Below are positions 42,233 through 56,732 of a stretch of 64,000 nucleotides of DNA, in pieces; position 1 is the stretch's first letter, and every line of letters begins with the position of its first letter. The stretch spans positions 82,398,001-82,462,000 of the forward strand of contig OZ024743.1 in NCBI GenBank assembly GCA_964016885.1, read 5' to 3'. Both the position numbers and the translations under genes were made by a program. The notes beneath the pieces were generated by a model, which was given only the letters and a program-made list of their open reading frames with translations, was not told the DNA's origin and ran no database searches. The DNA is from Eledone cirrhosa (lineage: Eukaryota).

Positions 42233-42806
42233 GTGTGTGTGTGTGTGTAATATATATATATGTGTGTGTGTGTGTGTAATATGAAGATCCCGGGTTGTAT
42301 CGGGGGTAATCACAGTTAAATAGGGTACTCAATACGTTGGTAGAGTATAGGTATCTTTATAATATATAGAGGCTGGCTGGCTAGTTGGATGGTTATGTGT
42401 AATTATAGGTCGATATCAAAGCTTGCCGATGTGTCTATAGTTGGAGGAAATCAATATGGATAATGCAGAGAGAGAATAAAAGGCAGATGAGAAAGAGAGA
42501 GGGAGAGAGAGAAAGAGAGAGAGAGAGAGAGGATGAGAGAGTGTGTGTGGTGTGGGTGAATGAAGAATCTGGTGTCAACAAAGTGACACAAAGGTCAATC
42601 GATACGAGGTCAAGTTCAGGCGTGTGTGTGTGTATGTGTGAGTGTGTGTGTGTATGTGTGTGACTGTGTGTGTGTGTGTGAGTGTGTGTGTGAGTGTGTG
42701 TGTCTGTGTGTATGTGTGAGTGTGTGTGTGTTTGCCAAATCGATAGAAAATGGGTTGTCAATAGAACTATGTGTTTTGGGGCCGGGTTTTCTGAACCTAG
42801 TGAACC

Positions 42807-42867
<61 letters not shown>

Positions 42868-42876
42868 ATAATAATA

Positions 42877-43390
42877 ATTGTTTCTACTTTTGGCACAAGG
42901 CCAGCAATTCACCAGTGAATTACTGGTACTTTATTTTATCGACCCCGTAAGGATGAACGGCAAAGTTAACCTCGGCGGGATTTGAACTCAGAATAGCATA
43001 ATAATAATGGTTTCTTATATAGACACAAGATTAGCAATTTTGGGGGAGGGGAAAGTCGATTAAATCGACCCCAGTGCGTGACTGGTACTTTATTTTATCG
43101 ACCCCCAAAGTTACCCTCGGCGGGATTTTATCTCAGAACGTAAAGAGACGTAACTCTATGCCGCAAAGAATGTTGTCTGATGCTCTACCATTATTCTAAT
43201 AATTGTTTCTACTATTGGCACAAGGCCAGCAGTTACCCAGTACATTACTGGTACTTTATTTTATCGACCCCGTAAGGATGAAAGGCAAAGTTAACCCCGA
43301 CGGGATTTGAACTCAGAATGGCAAGGGCCGTAACTCTATGCATCAAAGCATGGTGTCCGACCCTCTACTGATACTGCCAATTCACCGCCC
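42877..43390 (-). mobile_element. Three tandem SINE copies (S1 and relative)
   Basis: Units at 42877-43000, 43005-43190 and 43202-43390. Confidence 0.8.
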
Positions 43391-43501
43391 TATTCTAATA
43401 ATAATAATAATGTGAATACGAAGTGGGGTAACTCAGTTCCGACGGGTGTAACACGAGTAGAACTGACCAACCACAGAGAGAGTGTGTGTGTGTTATATTA
43501 A

Positions 43502-43820
43502 CGTCTAGTCCACACTCTACCTTGACCTGACCTAGTTACAGAGATATCTCTAGTCCACACTGTACTTTGACCTGACCTAGTTAGAGATATATCTCTAGTC
43601 CACACTCTACCTTGACCTGACCTAGTTACAGAGATATATCTAGTCCACACTGTACCTTGACCTGACCTACTACAGAGATATCTGTAGTCCACACTATACC
43701 TTGACCTGACCTACTTACAGATATATCTGTAGTCAACACTCTATGTTGACTTGCCCTAGTTAGAGAGATATCTGTAGTCCACACTCTACCTTGACCTGAC
43801 CTGACCTATTTACAGAGATA
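43502..43820. repeat. ~44-bp minisatellite, about 7 copies
   Basis: Unit TAGTCCACACTCTACCTTGACCTGACCTAGTTACAGAGATATC(T/A). Confidence 0.9.
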
Positions 43821-44416
43821 AACCTTTCGGTACCAAACCACCTGAAGCTGATCCTTGTTTAAACATCCCACAGACACGTGTACGCTTAACGTAGTTCTCA
43901 GGGAGATTCAGCTTTTCCTGATGTGTAAAAAATTTGTGATTTGGATCATAGGTTTAACTCTTTTTTGCTAGCTGAGTGAACAACGCTTCGTCGTTAATCG
44001 ATTTCATGGCAATAGGATTGTCGTAACCACTTCGCCACGCGCCTGCCATTTTATGGAAGAACCTTTGTTAAGTTATATTCCAAACACAATGAGAAAAATA
44101 AATAAAAAATAGAGCTGAAAAAAAATGCAGCGTGGTGATAAACTCTACACCCCAGCCCTACTAAATACCTACAAATCTATATTATAAGTTCTATATAATA
44201 AGTTCTATATTATAATAAGTTCTTGATAAAACGTAGTGCCTATAACTCAAGATTATTTGAAAATTATTGGCAATGTATTTTATTAGAAATCTGGTAACGA
44301 AATGGTTGAAATAATGGTTAATTTCCGATGTTGAGGTAGACTGCAAGTTGATGTTACTCCCGAAATGGAGTTGTCGGATCTTTCTCTATCATAATAATTT
44401 CACTATGTTGTCCACG

Positions 44417-44634
44417 GGGTGTAGCTGGAGTATACCCCCTAATCAGGGCTGTAGTTGGAGTATACCTCACTAATCAGGGCTGTAGCTGGAGTATACGCCC
44501 TAATCAGGGCTGTAGCTGGAGTATACCCCCTAATCAGGGCTGTATCTGGAGTATACCCACTAATAAAGGCTGTAGCTGGAGTATCCCCCCTAATTAGGGC
44601 TATAGCTGGAGTATACCCCCTAATTAGGGCTGTA
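44417..44634. repeat. 30-bp minisatellite, about 7 copies
   Basis: Unit GGGCTGTAGCTGGAGTATACCCCCTAATCA. Confidence 0.95.
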
Positions 44635-45260
44635 ACCACCACGTCGCATCTTTTTCACCTCCTTACTTTTTGTTTTTCTTTCGTTTGTCTGTGTTTTATT
44701 TTCACATTTTCTCATTAGTATATTGTTCTTTTATTGGTTTCAATCAATGGTCTGCGGCTGGTGAAACGCTCTAGCGGGAATTTTAATTGATTATATCGAT
44801 CTAATATCTATTTTCATAAAAAATTGGTGTACATTTTTCGATCTCTTTTTGACGAACAGCTAACTACCGGACAAACACATACATGCCCCCCTCCCTCCAC
44901 ACATACGGGTATGCATGTATATGCATGTATATATATATGTATATATATATATATGTACAAATAGATACATAACTCAACTTTGATAGGTTTCGGCCAGTAT
45001 TGGCCCATATATACATATATACATATATGTAAAGAAATATTCTTAAAAAGACTCGTTGCATTTTCGATTTCATTTTTTTCCTTATATTTTCACTCGAGTG
45101 AAAGTATAAGGAAAAAGGATGAAATCGAAAATGCAACTGGAGTCTTATTAAGAATATTTATTTGTGTGTGTGTGTATAATTACGTATTAAATTTAAGTGA
45201 AAATAATCTATTTATGGGAGTATAAGCCAGGCAGACCCCCAAAAAGTTTAGTTCAGCTCA

Positions 45261-45321
<61 letters not shown>

Positions 45322-45620
45322 TTCCCACCAATCAACTCCATCACAAAGAAACTATGCAGCATCTCACCACACCCTCTACGGAACTACCTTAGGAACTTAC
45401 CCACGGACATACACTCACAAAAATGTTTTTTCCCACACGCCACCTACACCCACAATACGTATAAACACCACACACACGTGCGTACCCCCACATATTTGCA
45501 CACTCAACCTCCGGAAACCCCCCCCCATCCAGACGCGCACACACACACCGACCCACACCCCACCCCACACACACACCTTTTCCTGAACATGGAACCTCCT
45601 TCTCCCCCAACCCTCACATT

Positions 45621-45677
<57 letters not shown>

Positions 45678-45892
45678 ACACCTACACACATACGCCACCT
45701 TCAGCCCTCCCCGCTCGGACACCCCGCCTCCCTCTCCCCACTCCACCCTAACCACCCCTACACGCCCCACATCCTTCCACCACTTGTTTATCTTCATGTT
45801 TATTTTTTTTTTTTTTATATTTATTTTTATTTATCTAAATGTCTCCCCCCACTCCCCAACACACCCTTGGAACTCTCTTCCCACACACTTTT

Positions 45893-45926
45893 CGCCTGAA
45901 GAAGGGCTTATGCCCGAAACGTCGTT
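45893..45926 (+). ncRNA. Minimal PLE-type hammerhead motif
   Basis: CTGAAGA AGGGC-TTAT-GCCC GAAA CG TC with weak stem I; followed by AATAAA and (TA)n. Confidence 0.6.
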
Positions 45927-46008
45927 CCCCACCACCACCCCACTCTCAAGAGCGTGAAACTAATAAACCTTTGTTCGTACTGCCTCTGTTTTGTTCCCGT
46001 TCCATTCT

Positions 46009-46094
<86 letters not shown>

Positions 46095-46429
46095 TATGTA
46101 TACGTACATACATATATGCATACAGACGTACAGTAGTATGTATATATATATATATACATACATGCACACATCATATATATATATGTACGTATGGGTTTAC
46201 GGAACATTTATAATGTTCGGTTTGTTTGTAAACAAACAGCCCGAATTACGCCGTACAGTGTTCGGCAACCATCGTCGCTTTTTTGTTCAACACTACACAG
46301 GAACGATGTACTAGTTTCTAGCTTATTAGCTGTCATCAACGATGGTTTTCTCTACGGTTCTTATATATTTGATATATATTTATCCTTATCGAGCCCACTT
46401 TGGATTTTAGCCTTCAAATTTATTATTAT

Positions 46430-46512
<83 letters not shown>

Positions 46513-46721
46513 TGAGATGAACTAAACTTGTTTGGGGACTGCCTGGCTTATACTCCCATAAATAGATTATTTTCACTTAAATTTAATACGTAATTATACA
46601 CACACACATATTATATAAACACACATATATGTATGTAAAAGGTAAACCGAAATAACAACACAATCGGTACAGTATATGGAAGGGATATATTGGGTTAACG
46701 CTTGATATAACAGGAAGAGAG

Positions 46722-46757
46722 TCTTAACATTTCGGACACTAGTCCTTCATCAGAAGA
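46722..46757 (-). ncRNA. Minimal hammerhead motif
   Basis: Minus strand: tctt CTGATGA AGGAC-TAGT-GTCC GAAA TGT TA aga. A truncated relative at 55717-55805 reads GTCC GAAA CGT TA AGA. Confidence 0.65.
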
Positions 46758-46926
46758 AAGAATGAGAAATAAGATAGATTGAAGGGACAGGCGGGGCGGG
46801 AGAGAGAAATAGACAGGTGAGAAGAAGGTGGAAGTAAGAAGGGTATAGTGGAGGAAAAGTTATAGAGAGTCCTGGTTATACATACACACACACAGACACA
46901 CACACACACACACACACATACACACA

Positions 46927-47092
46927 AGCGGGGCTTCTGCAGTTTTAATCTACCAAATTCTTCTCACAAAGCATTGGTAAACATGAAGCTATGGAAGAAG
47001 ACACGGGCCCAAGTGCCATCAGCAGGGCTGGACTGAAGTTAGAACCGCGTGGTTGCCAAGTAAATACCTTAACCACATAGTCATGGCTGCAC

Positions 47093-47095
<3 letters not shown>
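46927..47095 (-). mobile_element. Second SINE family, diverged copy
   Basis: Similar to 29445-29555 (GACAC..GCCCAAG..GACTGAA..AGAA..CGTGGTTGC). Confidence 0.55.
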
Positions 47096-47125
<30 letters not shown>

Positions 47126-47127
<2 letters not shown>

Positions 47128-47318
47128 ATTCCGGGTTGAATCGAAGGTAACCACAGTAAGAAAGATACTCAATACATAGCAGAGTATAAAAGTTTTAATA
47201 TAGTAGATCTTCTACAGGACTAGAAATGTTTCATTCGTGAGAAATCATCTGGAAGCGCTGCTGATGATTTCCCACGAATGAAACAGTTCTAGTCCTGAAG
47301 AAGCTCTATTAAAACTTA
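47126..47318 (-). mobile_element. Fold-back element family B
   Basis: Tail with TACTCAATAC, then inverted arms 47208-47303 with CTGATGA TTTCCCACGAAT GAAA CAG. Confidence 0.7.
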
Positions 47319-47917
47319 TATATATATAAATAGAAGTATGTATACGTACATACATATATGTATACAGACGTACAGTAGTATGGATATACATACACACATG
47401 TACACATATATATATGTACGTATGGGTTTACCGAACATTTATTACAATGTTCGGTTTGTTTGTAAACAAACAGCCCGAATTAAGCCTTACAGTGTTCGGC
47501 AACCATCGTTGCCCTTTTATTCAACACTGACTAGGGAACGATGAACTAGTTTCTAGCTTATTAGCTGTCATCAGCACCGTATACCTTCCTGTCAGTCGAT
47601 TGAACGTTTGAAAGTATATACTTTCCTTATGCATATTAACGGCTGAGTAGCCTAATTTGCATATCGAGTGAGTTGGTCGGCCGGGCGTACCGAAAACGAT
47701 AAATGGAAAAAATGAAATTTCATTTCTCACTCTTAGTACGGCTGATACCTAAATATAAGTATGTATACGTTCATATATATATATGTATACAGACGTATAG
47801 TTGTATGTATATATATACATACATGCACACATATATATATGTACGTATGAGTCTACCGAACATTTACTATAATGTATGAGCCGCACTAAGAGTGAGAAAT
47901 GAAATTTCATTTTTTCC

Positions 47918-48141
<224 letters not shown>

Positions 48142-48155
48142 GCATATATATATAT

Positions 48156-48240
<85 letters not shown>

Positions 48241-48241
48241 A

Positions 48242-48284
<43 letters not shown>

Positions 48285-49070
48285 CAGCGCGCGCGCGTAT
48301 TATTTCTATTTCATTTCACGTCCCTGACCTTTATGGATCCCCCACCCTAGAACTAGGCGTGTTACCCTCTCATGGTCACATTCCATCATCCCCCTTACTA
48401 CTATAAACCTCACCCCACGTTCGCTTCTATTACTGTACCCACCCAACACCCCCCGCAACCACCTCCACCACCCTTACTTCTGTACCCCAGCAACACCCTT
48501 ACTTATATACCCCACCACCATTACTACAGTACACCCCCCCCCCCCACCACCACCACCACCACCATTACTACAGTACACCCCACCACCACCATCACCACCA
48601 ATATCTACTGCTGCTGCTCCATTAGTTTTCTATTTATTTGACATACGCGAACACATACACGTACATACACGTACATACATACACACACACACACATACAC
48701 GTACATACACATACATGTACACACACGTTCATACACATACTGACACATACACGTACTTACACATTTCTTCAAAAGTACCGCCATGTTAATACATATAATC
48801 CTGCACACGCACACAACTATGTGTGTGTGTGTGTGTGCATGTGTGTATGTGCTGAATAAATAATATTCTTAACACACAATTATATATATACACACACACA
48901 CACACTTACATACACATACACTCACGTACCTACACATACACTCACATACAAACACTTTACACTCACATACAGACACACACACAATTATACAAATAGCCTT
49001 CATGTTTATCTAACGCTGGTGCACACACGCTCACACTCACAGCGAGACACACACACACACATAATACACC

Positions 49071-49113
<43 letters not shown>

Positions 49114-49264
49114 CCGGGGAGTGTAACACGGAGTTACTGCAGGTTCACCCGGGTGAGCACTCGACGTTTAGGTTCACCTCAGTTCGAGGTGTAGAGCTAG
49201 ACAGAGTGTAATATAATAATTGTTTCTACTTTTGGCACAAGGCCATCAATTATGCCAGTGTATT

Positions 49265-49485
49265 AAGGACGATTGGTTACACCTTCATTACGTTTATTGG
49301 TTGATGACGCGCGTTTCGCTACTGTTCAGCTCAAGATGCGATCTGTCATTACTACCACAGAGGTTCGACGAGCCATTGATTCCAGAGTCGGGCTAGATCA
49401 ATACAAATCGATCCTTGAGCTGATCAGTAGCGAAACGCGCGTCACCAAACAATAAACGTAATGAAGAAGTAACCATTCGTCCTTG
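49265..49485 (+). mobile_element. Fold-back element family K
   Basis: AAGGACGATTGGTTAC..GCTCAAG is inverted at CTTGAGC..GTAACCATTCGTCCTT; relative at 57157-57341. Confidence 0.7.
49362..49446 (+). ncRNA. Hammerhead-like motif with YCGACGA core and extended stem II (family K)
   Basis: ggt TCGACGA GCCATTGATT..GATCAGTAGC GAAA CGCGCG TC acc. The copy near 57205-57292 (minus) reads ggt CCGTCGA GCCGCAGATT..GATCAGTGGC GAAA CGCGCG TT acc. Confidence 0.6.
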
Positions 49486-49579
49486 TATTATATATATATA
49501 TATTCGTGATACAGGAGGTTATTAGATTTTTGCAAATGTAAAGGTTTATTAGGAACTTACAATGTTTACTTTAGGCTTG

Positions 49580-49638
49580 TCGTCTGAAGAGCTCAGGCTT
49601 TCTAAACTGATAGTCCTCAGTGAAATACGTATAACAGA
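49580..49638 (+). ncRNA. Type I hammerhead motif
   Basis: gt CTGAAGA GCTCAGG..CCTCAGT GAAA TACGTA TA ac, with palindromic stem III. Confidence 0.6.
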
Positions 49639-49701
49639 GTTTTAAATAAACCTGAACTAACTGAATATAGCCTCCGATCTTTTATTAATATATAATGCTC
49701 C

Positions 49702-49880
49702 ATTGGCAGTATCGGTAGAGGGTCGGACGCCATGCTTTGACGCATAGAGTTACGACCCTTGCCATTCTGAGTTCAAATCCCACCGAGGTTAACTTTGCCT
49801 TTCATCCTTATGGGGTCGATAAAATAAAGTACCAGTAATACACTGGGTAATTGGTGGCCTTGTGCCAAAAGTAGAAACAA
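49702..49880 (+). mobile_element. SINE S1 copy with 15-bp target-site duplication
   Basis: AATATATAATGCTCC at 49687-49701 and 49879-49893. Confidence 0.9.
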
Positions 49881-49998
49881 TATATAATGCTCCGTCTTGT
49901 ACCATTTGTATAGGTCATTGAGTGCTGCTTTTTATATGTTTCACAACCGACAGACCATGGTGTGATCCGCACATCTCTGTTGTGTTAACCCTATACTA

Positions 49999-50030
<32 letters not shown>

Positions 50031-50034
<4 letters not shown>

Positions 50035-50354
50035 ATACATTATGAAGAGAGAAGAAACATTAGATATAATTAATAAGATATATCATACTCAACTGCTTCT
50101 TTAGTCCCCGACTACGTAATTTCGTGGCATATTATGCAAAAACACTACATCACAGAGATATAGAATTTTTGTGGGGTCTGCCGACTTATCAAGAGGATAC
50201 CTCATTAAGGGTTTCAAAACACGTCCGTAAGATGCGAGATAGAATCCCGAAAAGCGGAGGGGGAGTCAATGACGGACTAAAAAAGCAGCTGGGTATGATA
50301 TATTTTATTATTAATTATATCTAATGTTTCTTCTCTCTTCATAATGTATTATAT
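50031..50354. mobile_element. Fold-back element family O
   Basis: ~75-bp inverted termini (TATAATACATTATGAAGAGAGAAGAAAC.. / ..GTTTCTTCTCTCTTCATAATGTATTATA) starting at (TA)n. Confidence 0.65.
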
Positions 50355-50507
50355 AGCTCTCATACTGAATCAATCTAATCCATTCGGATTGGTTTGTCCC
50401 AGTTATTCATAGAGCAACATCAGTTGAGGTTGGTACCACTAACTCAAGGATATATGTGGATATATTCATGTATGTGTCCGCATGTATCTGTGTGTTTCTC
50501 TATATAT

Positions 50508-50544
<37 letters not shown>

Positions 50545-51656
50545 AAATGTGTGAGATCCTTGGTACAGTTAGGTATATTTAAAAAAAAGAATGACTTCAC
50601 TTGTAGTGTTAAAAAATGTTTGATTTAATTTTATAATATAATATTATGAGTTGGTAGATCCAGTACACCACTGTCTTTCTCTTTCTCTCTCTCTTCTCTC
50701 TTTCTCCATTGGGGTTGGCATTCTCTACTTCGAAATCGTTTCTTCAGCCAGTTTAGAAATCGAAAAACGGTGGGGGTAAAAAAAAACAAAAAAACTAAAA
50801 GGACTGGATTCTTTAAAAAAAAAAACATTTTATTTTTATTGCTAGCCATTGCTTTCTTGCCTCCTCTTCTTCCTCTCTATTACTTATTTCTATAATTATA
50901 ATTGTTTCTACTTTTGGTACAAGTCCAGCAATTACCCCAGAGCATGACTGGTACTTTATTTTATCGACCCCGTAAGGATGAAAGGCAAAGTTAACCTCAG
51001 CGGGATTTGAAATATAATAATTATTCATAATAATGTAATTATTATTACTTCTCATCCTAAAAAAATCCTATTTTCCTGTCTTTCTGCATGTCTATCTGTT
51101 TACAACTGAGGAGAAAAAAAATAATAATAATAATTGGTTTGTGTTTCTGATTTTTTTCTTTTTCTTTTTCCTGCTTATTTTGGTTAGTTAAACAGAATCT
51201 GTACGACCTCCACATAAGACGCTTTTTTTATGTGTTAGTCTATATATTTTTTCTTTTTTTTTTCTATTAAAATAATTAATATAATTGAAATAATAATTTA
51301 AAAAAATTTAAAAAATAAAAATTTGCCAAACTTAACTGTCTATTACTAGTGTGAAATTATGACAGAAAGTAGAATTAGTTTCTTTTCTTCCTTCCTGGGG
51401 TAAGTCATCCATATATATATATATATAATAAATCAGGAAAGAAGATTGACATGGTTTGCAAACCATGTCAATCTTCTTTCCTGATTTATTATTACTCCAA
51501 GTGCTTACAACGTAGGTATTACAGCATACTCGCAACATCACTATGAATACGCCTTGTTGAGTCAAACCTAGCCTAGCGTTGATATCATCCACTACCCGGA
51601 GTACCATAACTGGACTACACCTAAGGGGACTGGATATAACTATTATTTGTTACCCC

Positions 51657-51707
<51 letters not shown>

Positions 51708-51710
<3 letters not shown>

Positions 51711-51910
51711 CGAAGGAAGTGTGGTAAGGAACCATGTGCACTATAACGCACCAGAGTACTCAATGCTTTGGGTAGTAGAGTAGGTAATAGGAAAATGATC
51801 AAGACGCCGACGGCAGAGCTCAAGCCGTTTCGACGGCTATTTCTGGACGTCCAGAAATAGCCGTCGGAATGGCTTGAGCTCTGCCGTCGGGGTCTTGAAC
51901 ATTTTCCTAT
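51708..51910 (-). mobile_element. Fold-back element family A
   Basis: Tail at 51708-51787; palindrome 51788-51910 with apex CTGGACGTCCAG. Confidence 0.8.
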
Positions 51911-52038
51911 ACATTTTCTGTTCACACATTATACCATACAGACGCCCACTATATATGCCTCTGTTAAGATATAGGTTCTTTGGAAAAACATTTTTCGCGG
52001 CAATTTCTAGCCTGATTGTAGCATGACCTTAACGCTGA

Positions 52039-52117
<79 letters not shown>

Positions 52118-52310
52118 TTTTCTCTTTGACGGGGAGGTAGTAGTACATTATAAGCTTTCGCCCCCTCACCAGATGGTCATAAGTAGACCGAATAGCCAAC
52201 ACTTGAGGGAGACCGACTAAAGTAGAAGATGCTAGATGGTCGGTGATCCTCTTGTCTATGATTTTCAGCCCCATGGATTCTATATGTTATATTCCTTTGT
52301 TATATTTCGA

Positions 52311-52368
52311 ATACCTGATGATATCACCGGATTCATACTGATCCCGGTCATTGAAATGATCATAGTAT
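52311..52368 (+). ncRNA. Type I hammerhead motif (family F)
   Basis: atac CTGATGA TATCACCGG..CCGGTCATT GAAA TGATCA TA gtat. Confidence 0.7.
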
Positions 52369-52559
52369 AATAAACCTTTTAAGGATTTACACCAGTAAAG
52401 CCTCCTGTTATTTTATTATAATAATTAACTCCGTACTCGCACCACCAACTACACAAACGAAGACGGGTGAGCTGCATTACGTTGAGTACTCTCCATAATA
52501 TTACATCGAGATTGACCATACGGAATGACCAATTCTATCCAGTGGTGAACCAACAAACC

Positions 52560-53253
<694 letters not shown>

Positions 53254-54729
53254 CACGCAGTCACTTTCACACACACACATAACATTGATTTCACATATAC
53301 ACAAATGAATCTTTCTTATTTCTACCGTCACACATACACACACACTCTCTCCCCCCTCCTCCATCGCCCTCTCTCCCTCCACCCCTCTCTCTAGTACGTT
53401 ACATGCTATATGACAGGTAAATTTGGGAGTAAACTTTGGCCTCTGAGGGTATAGAAATAAATAGGAAAGTAGAAATGTATTAACACAAAGATAAATCATT
53501 TCATTACACCTGTAGTTGACTAAATTGATTTAATTACTACATAGATACTCTCGGGTCACGACCCCCCCCCCCCCCCCCCCACACACAAACCTCGCTTATT
53601 ATATTTTGCTAATCTATCTCCGGCGAAATCTTTCTTTAGACATTAAAAAACATTATACATGACAAAAAAAAAACATTACTAGAAATCCCATGTAAAATAA
53701 ATAGGTGAGTTGGGGTCTCAATATGTAAACTAAATGACTAATTCTGGTTTTTAAAATAAATCAACAGAGATAACCTGGAAAAATTACCGATTTTCCACCT
53801 TACACACCCAGACCCTGCTTACTCCGCCCCACCTCCTATTGTTTGAGATCCGAGAGGTGTAGGATTAAAAGAAATCAACGGTTTGAGTAAGAAAAGGATT
53901 TGAAGAAAGAAAGGGATATTTTCGTAAAGGTTTATTACATAAAGAAATCTTAACTTAGTACAAACTTTATAAGCAGGCGTCAATTACTTGGCATGTGGGT
54001 GGGTGTGGGTGTTGGTGTGTGTGTGGGAGTGTTGGTGTATGTGGGTGTTGGTGTTGGTGTGGGGGGGATGTATGCGTTGGTGTTGGTGTGTGTGTGTGGG
54101 GGGGGCGGGTTGCGTGTATGTACGTCTGTGTGTAAGCATGTGTGTGCATATGTCTGCGTGCATATGTCCGCATATGTATATGTTTGCATGTATGTATGTG
54201 TATGCATATGTTTGCACGTATATATGTGTATGCATATGACTGCATCTATGTATATGTGTGTATGCATATGTTTGCATGTGTGTATGCATATGACTGCATC
54301 TATATATGTGTATATACGCGCTCTCCATTTAAAACGTTTGCCTCTATCTTGTTCGCACTTTAGTTGCCACTTCGGTCAGTATGTATACTCCTCCTTCAAC
54401 CCATGGGTATCCCCTCCCCCCGTATCTCTCACTTCTCCTCCTTGCACTATACGATGATAAACGTGACATCAGACACCGTCAGGTTTATACTTCATCATTC
54501 ACGTGTTTATTTGGTTTATGACGTCAGAGCGTTTAAATTCTGCCTCTCAGCACTTAGAGTTCAAATCACGCCCAGATCAACTTTGTCTTCATGTTCACGT
54601 CGATAAAGAAGGCATCAAACCAACGTAGATTCAGTCCACTTTCCTCTCTGTCACATCCTTGATGTTCTGCCGGATTAAGGGAGTGACAATGTGTGTGTAA
54701 GTATTATATATATATATATATATATATGC

Positions 54730-55166
54730 AAAAGATTTATTTAAAATTGTTGGGTTACAACGAGTAAATATTTTATAACTGATATAAAAGCACTCAACAG
54801 TTTTTGGAGTAGGTTTACGATATTAAACAAATGGAAACTATATTTATAAAACCATATTTATTTCGTTATATATATTTCTGGGATATCATATTAAAAATAT
54901 GGTATGCCTTCCTCAGACAAAATACAATATATAAGCTGTTTTATAAATAATTTTGACATACCTTAGAATAATGCAACTTCCATACCAAATCAACTTTTTA
55001 AATGGAAGTTGCATTATTCTAAGGTATGTCAAAATTATTTATAAAACAGCTTATATATTGTATTTTGTCTGAGGAAGGCATACCATATTTTTAATATGAT
55101 ATCCCAGAAATATATATAACGAAATAAATATGGTTTTATAAATATAGTTTCCATTTGTTTAATATC

Positions 55167-55169
<3 letters not shown>
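54730..55169 (-). mobile_element. Fold-back element family C with two inverted hammerheads
   Basis: 168-bp arms (54816-54983 / 55002-55169), apparently identical. Plus-strand HHR at 55061-55126: tattttgt CTGAGGA AGGCATACCATATT..AATATGATATCCCA GAAA TATATA TA acgaaata. Confidence 0.85.
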
Positions 55170-55230
<61 letters not shown>

Positions 55231-55534
55231 TATAAAGTATGTCCATAGAATCATTTCCTCTCCAAAATTAGCATAATTAGCCACACAAAAATTCAATTAG
55301 ACCAGGCTATAAGATTAAAAGGGACCTATACAATATATTAACAAATGACTATCCAGGAAGCTCCAACCGTTAAGGTTGTCTTTATTCAGGGTATGTCAAT
55401 ATTTATTTATTTATAAAACAAATCTGTATTGTATTTTATCTAATGACAGCGCACCATAATTTGCCTTGGTGACCCTTGAAATATTATAATAAAATAAATA
55501 TGGTTTTATAAATATAGTTTCCATTTGTTAATAT

Positions 55535-55565
<31 letters not shown>

Positions 55566-55817
55566 GTAGGAGGTGAGCAATATTGTAGAACAATAAAACT
55601 ATGCATATATCAGATAAGTAACACTCAAAAGTTGGTAGAACTGGAGTATATATAAAGAAGAAATATATGGAGCTTTTTTAACCATCTTTTAATTTCTTCT
55701 TGATATATATATATATGTGTCCGAAACGTTAAGACCCTCTTCTTGCTATATCAAACGTTAACCTAATATATCCCTTCCATATACTGTACCGATTGTGTTG
55801 TTATTTCTGTTTAACTT

Positions 55818-55888
<71 letters not shown>

Positions 55889-56116
55889 GACTTGCAGACA
55901 ATGTGGAACGCGGGCTCGGTCTGAGAGCTGGACACCGCAGTTAGGTCTGCCAACCGCTCAGAGCGGAGTTTTTGTCTCCGGTTGTCAATACAGCACTCAG
56001 GTCCGACAGGCCCGTGCTCGATATGCCCCAACTTGGGGGCCACCGAGGGATATGTCCCTAGGCTCTGATACCATCAACACCATAAACACAGAGCTTGCAT
56101 ATCTAAGAACTGACTA

Positions 56117-56172
56117 ACTGCCTGATGAGGTCATAGCCATTCAATGGCTATCATCGGAATATATATAGCAGT
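56117..56172 (+). ncRNA. Family G hammerhead copy with core mutation (GGAA for GAAA)
   Basis: 56048-56214 is the reverse-complement match of 30258-30427. Confidence 0.7.
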
Positions 56173-56229
56173 AAATAAAGGATTATGAGTTCATGCAATT
56201 GACTTATATTTCACTATATATAATATATA

Positions 56230-56515
56230 TATAAAAGTCTAAAATCTGTCTTAAGCCAGAAGGGTCATTTGGCTGGTGCTTATCCCGGTTTCATGGAGTG
56301 AAGCGACTGAGAGTACAAGACACCCCCTGGACAGGACGCCAGTCCACCGCAGGGTTAAACCTCCAGCTATTGCTGGTACTCATTTTCAGCTGAATATACT
56401 GGAGCAACGTGAAATGAAGTGTTTTGCTCAAGACACAACACGCAGCCAAGGAATCGAACCCACGACATTATGATCGTAAGTCCAACACTCTTACCACTAG
56501 GCCACGTGCCTCCAC
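56230..56515 (-). mobile_element. tRNA-headed SINE, third family
   Basis: Minus strand: GTGGCCTAGTGGTAAGAGTG A-box, GGGTTCGATTCC B-box, GTGTCTTGAGCAAAACACTT; a diverged relative is at 61072-61360. Confidence 0.7.
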
Positions 56516-56536
56516 ACACATATATATATGCATGTA

Positions 56537-56591
<55 letters not shown>

Positions 56592-56594
56592 CAT

Positions 56595-56732
<138 letters not shown>

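Noticed and set aside
43502-44634. Regular 44-bp and 30-bp repeats as possible CRISPR arrays
   Set aside because: Contiguous tandem units without unique spacers, no cas genes, eukaryotic context.
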